From contig JAYZQJ010000210.1 in the NCBI GenBank assembly GCA_036149055.1, forward strand, positions 1 to 16,602: 16,602 nucleotides of DNA, in the 5' to 3' direction. This document shows, piece by piece, positions 7,079-14,349 of the stretch (position 1 is its first letter; every line of letters starts with the position of its first letter). This DNA is from Myxococcota bacterium (GTDB lineage Bacteria; Myxococcota_A; Polyangia; Polyangiales; Sandaracinaceae). Under the pieces are notes generated by a model. That model had not been told where the DNA came from, searched no databases, and worked only from the letters and a program-made list of their open reading frames with translations. The position numbers were made by a program, and so were the translations under genes.

Positions 7079-8005
7079 TCAGTCCGGTTCCTTGGTCAGC
7101 GTGCGGACCTTGTGCGCGTCGCGGGTCCAGTCCTCTTCGACCCGCACGAAGAGCTCGAGGAAGACCTTGCGCTGGAGGTGCTCCTCCATCGCGAGGCGCG
7201 CGCGGGTGCCGATGTCCTTGAGCATCTGGCCGCCCTTGCCGATGAGGATGCCCTTGTGGCTCCGCTTGTCGACGAAGATGGTCGCGCCGATGCGGGTGAG
7301 GTTCCCGTCCTCGCGATACTCCTCGACCTGCACCGCCACCGAGTACGGCACCTCTTGCCTCGTGTGCACGATGATGGACTCGCGCACCATCTCGGCCACG
7401 AAGAAGCGCTCCGGCCGGTCGGTCAGCACGTCCGGCGGGTAGAGCAGGCCCTCGGGCAGCAGGGCGCGCAGCTCGCGGAGCAGCGGCTCGAGGTTGTCGC
7501 GCTTCAGCGCCGAGAGCGGGATCAGCGAGGCGAAGTCGAAGCGGCCGTCCCAGGCCTCCAGCTTGGGCAGCAGCGCGGTCTTGTCCTTCAGCTTGTCGAC
7601 CTTGTTCATCGCCAGGACCACCGGCTTCCCGATCGCCAGGGCCTGCTCGACGATGGCGACGTCCTCCGCCGGCAGCGGGTCGTCCCCGGGGCCGCGGTGG
7701 GTCGCGTCGACCAGCACCAGGATGACGTCGGCGCCCTCGAAGGCGCCCTGCGCCTCTTCGACGAGCACCCGGCCGAGCACCGAGCGCGGACGCTCGAGGC
7801 CGGGGGTGTCGACGAAGGCGATCTGGGTGGGCGGCTCGTCGGACCAGTGCACCCCGAGCAGGCACGACCGGGTGGTGCCGGGGCGCGGGGTGGTGATCGC
7901 GAGCTTCTGCCCGAGCAGCGCGTTCAGCAGCGTGCTCTTGCCGACGTTGGGTCGGCCGACGATCGCGACGCGACCGGCGCGCGGTTCTTCTTCGGGCTCG
8001 GACAT
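7079..8005 (-). CDS. era: GTPase Era (308 aa)
   Basis: GRVAIVGRPNVGKSTLLN, PGTTR, FVDTPG, NKVD, ISA-like LSA, EVPYSVAV, KGILIGKGGQMLKDIGTRAR KH domain. Start reassigned to ATG 8005 (MSEPEEEPRAG); the track's extension to 8338 lies antisense to the next gene. Confidence 0.97.
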   Translation of the reverse strand: MSEPEEEPRAGRVAIVGRPNVGKSTLLNALLGQKLAITTPRPGTTRSCLLGVHWSDEPPTQIAFVDTPGLERPRSVLGRVLVEEAQGAFEGADVILVLVDATHRGPGDDPLPAEDVAIVEQALAIGKPVVLAMNKVDKLKDKTALLPKLEAWDGRFDFASLIPLSALKRDNLEPLLRELRALLPEGLLYPPDVLTDRPERFFVAEMVRESIIVHTRQEVPYSVAVQVEEYREDGNLTRIGATIFVDKRSHKGILIGKGGQMLKDIGTRARLAMEEHLQRKVFLELFVRVEEDWTRDAHKVRTLTKEPD

Positions 8006-8013
8006 GGGGCCGG

Positions 8014-8064
8014 ATGGTATGCGCCAGAGCGCGCCTTGACGCCAGGGGGCCCGCGAAGGACCCT
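8014..8064. promoter_or_regulatory. Divergent promoters for era (-) and the 8073 membrane-protein gene (+)
   Basis: Minus strand: TACCAT (8019-8014) 8 nt before the era ATG. Plus strand: TTGACG (8036-8041), 17 nt, GACCCT (8059-8064), 8 nt, ATG 8073. Confidence 0.5.
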
Positions 8065-8072
8065 GGGCGGCG

Positions 8073-8627
8073 ATGGGGATCGCGTCGATCGCGCTGGGGG
8101 TGCTCGCGCTCATCTTCACCTTCGCGGGCTTCCTCCTGACGCCGATCCCGTTCGTGGGCTCCCTGTTCTCGTTCGGGGCCCCGGTCTGCGCCCTGATCGG
8201 CATCGTGCTCGGCGGGGTCAGCCTCTCGCGGGCCCGCACCGACGGCTCCGAGACCGGCCTCCCCACGGCGGGCCTGGTGGTGTCGGTGGTGGCGTTCTTC
8301 CCGGCGTTCTTCGTCGCGCTGGTCTGCGGCGTCTGCAACAGCGTGTGCTCGGCGGCGTCGATGGCCCCGCGCCCGCCGGCCGGACAGCAGCAACCGTGGT
8401 GGATGACCGACGCGGGCGCCGCGGGCAGCCCGGGCCTGGGCCCTCAGCCCGCCGCGCCGCCAGCTCAGCCGCCCGCTCAGGGAGCGGCGCCGCCCGGCCA
8501 GCCGCCGGTCGGCCAGCCGAGCGTGCCTTCGATCACGCCGGTCGATCCGGCGCCTGCCGATCCGAGCGTGGATCCGGCCGCGCCGCCGACCGACCCCGGT
8601 CAGTTCCCGCCGCCTCCGCCGCCGTAG
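8073..8627 (+). CDS. Small integral membrane protein (DUF4190-like) with Pro-rich C-terminal tail
   Basis: About three hydrophobic segments (MGIASIALGVLALIF.., PVCALIGIVLGGVSLSR, AGLVVSVVAFF..), CGVCNSVC, then a Pro/Gln/Ala-rich tail ending PPPPPP. The family assignment is from pattern resemblance only. Confidence 0.8.
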   Translation: MGIASIALGVLALIFTFAGFLLTPIPFVGSLFSFGAPVCALIGIVLGGVSLSRARTDGSETGLPTAGLVVSVVAFFPAFFVALVCGVCNSVCSAASMAPRPPAGQQQPWWMTDAGAAGSPGLGPQPAAPPAQPPAQGAAPPGQPPVGQPSVPSITPVDPAPADPSVDPAAPPTDPGQFPPPPPP

Positions 8628-8794
8628 GGCCCACGCACCCACGCTCGATGCAGCACGCCGAGCGGGGCGAGGGACACGAAGGCGAAGAAGCTGAGCTGGA
8701 CCGCGCGCACGCCGTCGTCGGGGACCACCCGCGCGAGCCACAGCACCGCGCAGAGCACCGCGAGGGCTCCGAACATCCAGGACAACTTCTGCAT
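8600..8794 (-). CDS. Small two-TM hypothetical membrane protein (64 aa)
   Basis: Strong GGAGGTG SD just upstream of ATG 8794; MQKLSWMFGALAVLCAVLWLA..VQLSFFAFVSLAPLGVL. The 3' end overlaps the convergent gene by 28 bp. Confidence 0.6.
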   Translation of the reverse strand: MQKLSWMFGALAVLCAVLWLARVVPDDGVRAVQLSFFAFVSLAPLGVLHRAWVRGPYGGGGGGN

Positions 8795-8949
8795 CGACAC
8801 CTCCCGCCCCGTGTCACGCACAGTCCGCGCCAAGCGGGCCACGTGGGTCTGAGGGCGCGGGCGCGCGCAAGGCCGCGTGGCGACCTGCCATGCGTGTCGC
8901 GATGACGCTGGCCTCGGCGGAGGCTGGGTCTACGTCGTCCCGGAGCACC

Positions 8950-10191
8950 ATGGCGACGGACGAGCTCAGCGTCGGCGATCGAATCGGCGGGTACGAGATA
9001 CGCGGCCTCCTCGGGCGAGGCGGCATGGGGTCCGTCTACGACGCCTGGGACGGCAAGCTCGAGCGGCGCGTGGCCGTGAAGGTCGCCCACGCCGAGCTGA
9101 CCAAGCACAAGCAGTTCCGCGACGCGTTCCTCGACGAGGCCCGCGCGATGGCCGAGCTCGACGATCCGCGCATCGTGCCGGTCTTCGCGTTCGGCCACGA
9201 GCGCGGCCGCAGCTTCATCGTCATGAAGCTGGTCGGGGGCCCGAGCCTCGAGCGCTACATCCTCGAGCATCAGCCGGTGCCGCCGGTGCGCGCCGCGCAG
9301 ATCGTGCATGACATGGCGGCCGGCCTCGACGTGCTCCACCGCGCCGGCCGGGTGCACGGAGACATGAAGCCGGCCAACGTGCTGCTCGACGAGAGCGGCC
9401 GGGCCAGCCTGACCGACCTCGGGCTCAGCCACCGCCTCGGCGCGCTCGACGCGGAGATCGTGCGGGGCACGCCGGGCTACATGGCGCCCGAGCGCATCCG
9501 CGGCGACTCGCTGCCGGCGGAGACGCAGCGCTCGCAGGACATCTACGCGCTCGCGGTCGTCGCCCACCAGATGCTCACCGGCGCGCGCCCTTTCCGCGGG
9601 AGCAGCCGCGAGGAGATCCTGCGGCAGCACCTCGAGAGCCCGCCCCCGGCTCCCAGCCGGACGATCCCGACGCTCCCGATGGAGCTCGACCGCGTGGTGC
9701 TCAAGGGCATGGCCAAGGCGCCCAAGGACCGCTGGCCCGACGCGCCCGCCTTCGCCGACGCCTTCACCCTCGCCGCGACCCCGCGTCGCCTGGTCTGGGT
9801 GGTGGACGACGACGCCGATCACGCCGAGCTCATCGGCCTGATGCTCGAGCGCGCGCTCCCGGTGCGCACCGTCCGCTGGACCGATCCGGTCGCCGCCCTC
9901 CGCGCGGCCCAGGACGCGCTCCCCGACGTGATCCTCGTCGACCTCGACATGCCGCAGCTCGACGGCAAGGAGCTGACCGCGGCCCTCCGCAACCGCGCGG
10001 ACCGAGACCGCCTCCCGGTGATCGCGGTGACCGGCCGCGGCAGCGCCCAGGACTGGGCCCACCTCCGGGAGCTCGGCGCCGACGCCTGCCTGCTGAAGCC
10101 GGTGGTCAAGGAGCAGCTGGTCGAAGAAGTCAGCCGCCACCTCGACTCGCGGATCACGGCGGCCGAGGCGCGGGTCAAAGCCGCCGTTTGA
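8950..10191 (+). CDS. Cytoplasmic Ser/Thr kinase fused to a C-terminal response-regulator receiver domain (413 aa)
   Basis: Kinase: GRGGMGSVY, VAVK, HGDMKPAN, DLG, GTPGYMAPE. Receiver: VWVVDDD, DVILVDLDMPQLDG, IAVTG, LLKP. GGAG precedes ATG 8950; alternative starts at 8890/8902. Confidence 0.93.
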   Translation: MATDELSVGDRIGGYEIRGLLGRGGMGSVYDAWDGKLERRVAVKVAHAELTKHKQFRDAFLDEARAMAELDDPRIVPVFAFGHERGRSFIVMKLVGGPSLERYILEHQPVPPVRAAQIVHDMAAGLDVLHRAGRVHGDMKPANVLLDESGRASLTDLGLSHRLGALDAEIVRGTPGYMAPERIRGDSLPAETQRSQDIYALAVVAHQMLTGARPFRGSSREEILRQHLESPPPAPSRTIPTLPMELDRVVLKGMAKAPKDRWPDAPAFADAFTLAATPRRLVWVVDDDADHAELIGLMLERALPVRTVRWTDPVAALRAAQDALPDVILVDLDMPQLDGKELTAALRNRADRDRLPVIAVTGRGSAQDWAHLRELGADACLLKPVVKEQLVEEVSRHLDSRITAAEARVKAAV

Positions 10192-10221
10192 CGGGGCGTT
10201 TCGTGTAGATTCCCGACCCGG

Positions 10222-10971
10222 ATGCACCCGTTTCTGGGGGAGATCGAGCTCGGCGGGGTCTCGCGGACCGTCGGGACGTACGGGGCGCTGCTCGCGGCGG
10301 CGATCTTCGTGACCGGGGCGATGGTGGTGCGGGCGGCGGGGCGGGATCGGCAGGATCTCGGGCTCGTGATGGCGGCGCTCGCGTGCACGGTGGGGGGCGG
10401 GTTCGTCGGGGCCTGGCTGCTGCACGCGGGGGTGGAGTGGGTGCGCACGGGGACGCCGTCGGCGAGCGGGATCGTCTTCTTCGGCGCGGTGCCGGGCGGG
10501 GCGCTCGGCATGCTCGCGGCGGGGCGATGGCTGGGGCTGGACGTGGTGCGGATCCTCGAGCTGTCGCTGCCGGGGCTCGGGGTCGGGCACGCGCTCGGGC
10601 GGCTGGGCTGCTTCTTCGGGGGCTGCTGCTACGGGCGGCCGTTCGACGGGGCCTGGGCGATCACCTATTCGCACCCGTTCGCGCCCGGCGCGCACCCGCC
10701 GGTGCCGAGACACCCGACGCCGCTCTACGAGGCCGGGGGGCTGCTCGTGCTCGCGCTGGTGTTCGCGCTCTGGCCGGCGACGCGGCCCGGCTCGGGGCGG
10801 CGGGCGGCGGCGTACCTCGCCGGCTACTGCGCGCTCCGGGGGCTCGTGGAGCTCACCCGGGGCGACGCCATCCGCGGGGTGTGGGCCGGCGTGAGCACCT
10901 CGACGCTCGCGGCGGCGGTGGGGCTCGCGGCGGCGCTCGGGCTCGCGCTCGCTGGCCGGCGAGCCGGGTAG
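10222..10971 (+). CDS. Prolipoprotein diacylglyceryl transferase (Lgt) family protein, divergent GCCYG type
   Basis: Multi-TM protein with TYG, GRLGCFFGGCCYG, HPTPLYE and Y..LRGLVELTRGD, matching the Lgt family layout. The lgt symbol is withheld because the HGG motif is replaced. Confidence 0.85.
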   Translation: MHPFLGEIELGGVSRTVGTYGALLAAAIFVTGAMVVRAAGRDRQDLGLVMAALACTVGGGFVGAWLLHAGVEWVRTGTPSASGIVFFGAVPGGALGMLAAGRWLGLDVVRILELSLPGLGVGHALGRLGCFFGGCCYGRPFDGAWAITYSHPFAPGAHPPVPRHPTPLYEAGGLLVLALVFALWPATRPGSGRRAAAYLAGYCALRGLVELTRGDAIRGVWAGVSTSTLAAAVGLAAALGLALAGRRAG

Positions 10972-10986
10972 ACGGTACACGGGGAC

Positions 10987-11847
10987 ATGGCGCGCGCGCT
11001 CCTCGCCTTCGCCCTCGGGGCCGGGCTCTTCGCCCAGGCCGACCAGGCGCGCCTGACCGTGTCCCCGCCCGACGTCGTGTGGATCGAGCCGGGCCGCTTC
11101 GTGATGGGCGCCAGCGACGGCGAGATCGCCTACGGGGTGGAGCTGTGCGGGCGCATGCGACCGGTGCCCATCCGATCGCTGGTGCCCGAGACCGACGGCG
11201 CCTGCTCGCCGCGCCGCTTCGTGCAGGAGTCCCCGCGACGCTGGGTCTGGACGCCGGCCTACGGGATGGACCGCACCGAGGTCACGCACCGGCGGTGGCG
11301 CGCGTGCGTGATCGCCGGCCGCTGCCCGCCGAGCCGGGTGCCCGACGAGGACCCGCGGCTCGCCTCGCCGACGATGCCGGTCACCGGCGTCACCCACGCC
11401 GAGGCCGCGGCCTACTGCGCCTGGGCGGGCGGGCGCCTGCCGACCGAGGCCGAGTGGGAGCGCGCCGCCCGGGGCACCGCCCGGCATCGCTTCCCCTGGG
11501 GACGCCACTACAACTCGCGGCTCGCCAACCACGGGCGGTCCCCGCGCGGACCCAGCGACGAGGACGGCTGGGCGCTCGCGGCCCCGGTGGGCAGCTTCCC
11601 CGACGGAGCGAGCAGCTACGGCCTCCTCGACATGGCCGGCAACGCCTGGGAGTGGACCGCGAGCGCGCCCGGCGACGAGGACGTCGGGCTCGGCGGCGAT
11701 CCGGGGGTCTACCGGGTCGTGCGGGGCGGCAGCTGGGCGCACCCGCCGGAGCTGATGCGGGTGACCCACCGGGTGTGGCTCCCGACCGGAGAGCACCGCA
11801 GCGATCTCGGGTTCCGCTGCGCCTACGATCCGGCGGTTGCTCCCTGA
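10987..11847 (+). CDS. Secreted FGE-sulfatase (SUMF1/EgtB/PvdO-like fold) domain protein
   Basis: Signal peptide MARALLAFALGAGLFAQA; GRFVMG, MDRTEVT, PVTGVT..EAAAYCAWAGGRLPTEAEWERAARG, FPWG, PVGSFP.GASSYGLLDMAGNAWEW, RGGSW, LGFRCA. Confidence 0.93.
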   Translation: MARALLAFALGAGLFAQADQARLTVSPPDVVWIEPGRFVMGASDGEIAYGVELCGRMRPVPIRSLVPETDGACSPRRFVQESPRRWVWTPAYGMDRTEVTHRRWRACVIAGRCPPSRVPDEDPRLASPTMPVTGVTHAEAAAYCAWAGGRLPTEAEWERAARGTARHRFPWGRHYNSRLANHGRSPRGPSDEDGWALAAPVGSFPDGASSYGLLDMAGNAWEWTASAPGDEDVGLGGDPGVYRVVRGGSWAHPPELMRVTHRVWLPTGEHRSDLGFRCAYDPAVAP

Positions 11848-11858
11848 GTTCGCTCGGC

Positions 11859-11881
11859 TATCCTCCGCCTCCCTTCGGAGG
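11859..11881 (+). promoter_or_regulatory. -10-like hexamer and Shine-Dalgarno, with a potential SD-occluding hairpin
   Basis: TATCCT at 11859-11864; CCTCC-CTTC-GGAGG at 11868-11881; TTG at 11888. Confidence 0.45.
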
Positions 11882-11887
11882 TTTTCC

Positions 11888-12295
11888 TTGCTTCAGACGC
11901 CCTCGCTCCGCATCGCGCTCGTCTCCGCCGCCCTCACCTTCATGGCGGCCGGCTGCCAGCAGCAGGAGGGCGAGGTGTGCGAGATCGAGTCCGAGTGCGC
12001 CGAGGGGCTGACCTGCTGCTTCGGCGGCACCGCCCGCGGGCTCTGCGTGGCTGACGGCACCTGCCGGGGAGCCACCGGGGACGCGGGTCTCCGCGACGGG
12101 GGCTCCGAGGACGGCGGGTCCGAGGACGCGGCGGTCGACGCCGGCGACGAGGACGCCGGCCCGGACGAGGACGCCGGCCTCGAGGACGCCGGCCCGGCCG
12201 ACTCCGGAGTCGAGACCGACGCCGGCACCGACGCCGGCCCGGCCGACGCGGGGCCGGACGACGCCGGGATCACCCTCCCCGACGCCGGCCTCTGA
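11888..12295 (+). CDS. Small lipoprotein with a 6-Cys mini-domain and acidic DAG-repeat tail (135 aa)
   Basis: GGAGG, 6 nt, TTG 11888 (in frame with track ORF 11837). MLQTPSLRIALVSAALTFMAAG|C lipobox; C-x5-C-x5-CC-x8-C-x5-C; tail with many DAG/DGG/DSG motifs. Confidence 0.82.
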   Translation: MLQTPSLRIALVSAALTFMAAGCQQQEGEVCEIESECAEGLTCCFGGTARGLCVADGTCRGATGDAGLRDGGSEDGGSEDAAVDAGDEDAGPDEDAGLEDAGPADSGVETDAGTDAGPADAGPDDAGITLPDAGL

Positions 12296-12362
12296 GCGAA
12301 TCCGCGACATTCCGCGCGCGCGTGTTTCCGCGCGCCGGCGGCCCGTATACGATCCCCCGGCG

Positions 12363-14291
12363 ATGAAGGTCTGCCCGCGCTGCTCCGAGCTCTATCCGGA
12401 CGACGCGGACCAGTGCCCGAAGGACGCCACGCCGCTCCGGACCGTGCTCGATCCGCTGATCGGCAAGACGGTCGGCGGGCGCTTCCGGCTCATCCAGCGC
12501 CTCGGCTCCGGCGGGATGAGCAGCGTGTACCTCGCGCGCCACGTGCTGATCGATCGCCTGATGGCGATCAAGACGCTGCGGCGTGATCTCGCGCGCGATC
12601 CGGTGCAGCGCGATCGTTTCCTCCGCGAGGCGCGCGCGGTCAACCGGATCAACCACGAGAACATCGTCGAGATCAGCGACTTCGGCGAGACCGAGGACGG
12701 CCTCGTCTACCTCGTGATGGAGTACGTGCCCGGGGAGCCGCTGCTCAGGGTGCTCGCCGACGGTCCTCTCCTCCCGCTGCGGGCCCTCGACATCGCCGAG
12801 CAGTGCGGCAACGCGCTCAGCCGCGCCCACCAGATGGGCGTCATCCACCGGGACCTCAAGCCCGAGAACATCCTGATCGTGCAGCGCCGTGACCGGCGCG
12901 ACTACGTGAAGCTGCTCGACTTCGGCATCGCCAAGATCCTCGACGCGCCGTCGCTCACCGGGAGCCAGCAGATCTTCGGCACGCCGGGCTACATCGCGCC
13001 CGAGTACATCCAGTCGACCGACATCGACGGGCGCGCCGACATCTACTCGCTCGGCTGCATCCTCTACGAGATGTGCACCGGGGCGCTCCCGTTCGACTAC
13101 GAGTACCCGGGCGATCTCCTGGTCAAGCACGTGACCGAGCCGCCGGTGAAGCCGTCGGTGCGCCACGCCGAGGTCCACCCGGCGATGGAGGCGTTCATCC
13201 TCCGCTGCCTCGCCAAGAACCCGGACGAGCGCTTCCGCGACGCCTTCCACTTCAACGCCGAGCTGCGCGCGGTGCGGGAGCGGCTGGGGCCCGACTCGAG
13301 CTGGGGCGGGCTCGACGAGCGCTCGGACGTGCACGCGCGGGTGGCGGTGGACGTCGACACCAGCGTCGACGGCGATCACCGCCAGCTCTTCGACGGCATC
13401 GCGCAGGCGCTCGGCGAGCCCAAGCCCGGCACGACGCCCTACGGCGTGGAGGTGCCCTCCGCGCGCGACACGATCGCCGAGGGCATCCCGCGCGCCGACG
13501 TCGCGGTGAGCCAGGAGGGGCCGGCGATCCCGGAGTCGCCCGCGCTCGACGGACCGATCGCGCCGGCGGCCATCGACGCGGTCCGCGCGGATCCCGAGAC
13601 GCCGACGCCGCTCGTCCGGAACCGCTTCGGGCTGGTCGGCACCACCCGCTGGCGGCAGCGCTACGACGCGCTCCGTCGCCACCTCGACGAGCTCGACGCG
13701 CCGCCGCCGGAGATCGCCCACGCGATGGCCTTCGCCGAGCGCACCCTCGAGGAGCTGGAGGAGGCGGTCGGCGGCGCGCAGGCCTACCAGGAGGCGGTCG
13801 AGGCGCTCAACGAGCGGGCCCGCGACTTCCGGGGCACCCTCGGCCGCGCGCTCGACCAGGTGGCGGGGCGGCTCTCGGCGGAGCGCGGCGTCTTCGAGGC
13901 GCTCGTCACCCGGCGGAACAGCCTGCGGGCCCGGCGCGAGGCGGCCCGGGTGAAGCTGCGCCGCGGGGAGGGCACCGAGGGCGAGGCCGACGCGCTGCTC
14001 TGGGAGCTGGCCGCGGTGGACGAGGAGCTCTCGGGCGCCGGTCAGCGCTGCGACGATCTCGAGGCGCAGCGCGCCGAGCTGGCGGCGGAGCTGGACGGCC
14101 ACAACGAGCAGTTCGAGACCGAGCGGGCCCAGCTCGTCCGGGTGCTCGACGCGCAGATGCTCCGGCTGGAGTCCACGGCGGCGGCGCTGCGGCGGCCTCT
14201 CGAGCAGGCCGAGCAGCACATCCGGGCTGCCTGGCCGGGCACCCCGGCGGAGGGACGCGAAAGCGGCCCCTCGTCCGGATCCGTCAGTTGA
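12363..14291 (+). CDS. Soluble Ser/Thr kinase with N-terminal zinc-ribbon-like motif and long C-terminal coiled coil (642 aa)
   Basis: MKVCPRC-x10-CPKD; GSGGMSSVY, MAIK, HRDLKPEN, DFG, GTPGYIAPE, DIYSLG; a helical E/R/A/L-rich C-terminal third; no TM helix seen. Confidence 0.96.
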   Translation: MKVCPRCSELYPDDADQCPKDATPLRTVLDPLIGKTVGGRFRLIQRLGSGGMSSVYLARHVLIDRLMAIKTLRRDLARDPVQRDRFLREARAVNRINHENIVEISDFGETEDGLVYLVMEYVPGEPLLRVLADGPLLPLRALDIAEQCGNALSRAHQMGVIHRDLKPENILIVQRRDRRDYVKLLDFGIAKILDAPSLTGSQQIFGTPGYIAPEYIQSTDIDGRADIYSLGCILYEMCTGALPFDYEYPGDLLVKHVTEPPVKPSVRHAEVHPAMEAFILRCLAKNPDERFRDAFHFNAELRAVRERLGPDSSWGGLDERSDVHARVAVDVDTSVDGDHRQLFDGIAQALGEPKPGTTPYGVEVPSARDTIAEGIPRADVAVSQEGPAIPESPALDGPIAPAAIDAVRADPETPTPLVRNRFGLVGTTRWRQRYDALRRHLDELDAPPPEIAHAMAFAERTLEELEEAVGGAQAYQEAVEALNERARDFRGTLGRALDQVAGRLSAERGVFEALVTRRNSLRARREAARVKLRRGEGTEGEADALLWELAAVDEELSGAGQRCDDLEAQRAELAAELDGHNEQFETERAQLVRVLDAQMLRLESTAAALRRPLEQAEQHIRAAWPGTPAEGRESGPSSGSVS

Positions 14292-14317
14292 CGAAAAAGG
14301 TCGTGACCGCCTAGGGT
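14288..14317 (+). promoter_or_regulatory. Sigma70-like promoter for the TPR-PEGA/lipoprotein pair
   Basis: TTGACG (14288-14293, overlapping the kinase stop), 18 nt, TAGGGT (14312-14317); AGGGAG SD before ATG 14350. Confidence 0.55.
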
Positions 14318-14349
14318 GGCGGCGGAGCTTTCCACTACAGGGAGTGAGG

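Noticed and set aside
6852..8905. Long ORFs 6852-8741 (-), 6902-8905 (+) and the era extension to 8338
   Set aside because: Shadow frames over era, der and the membrane-protein gene; no recognisable motifs.
10188..10211. TTGACG as the -35 for the TAGATT hexamer before the Lgt-like gene
   Set aside because: The spacer is only 12 nt, too short for sigma70 geometry; only the -10-like hexamer is retained.
10987..11847. True formylglycine-generating enzyme, or a diversity-generating retroelement target (FGE-type C-lectin fold)
   Set aside because: Catalytic cysteines are absent, and I saw no reverse transcriptase or template/variable repeat pair in the window.
8533..14219. 1087-aa (8533-11796) and 649-aa (12270-14219) minus-strand ORFs
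   Set aside because: Antisense to well-supported plus-strand genes; stop-codon scarcity at high GC explains their length.
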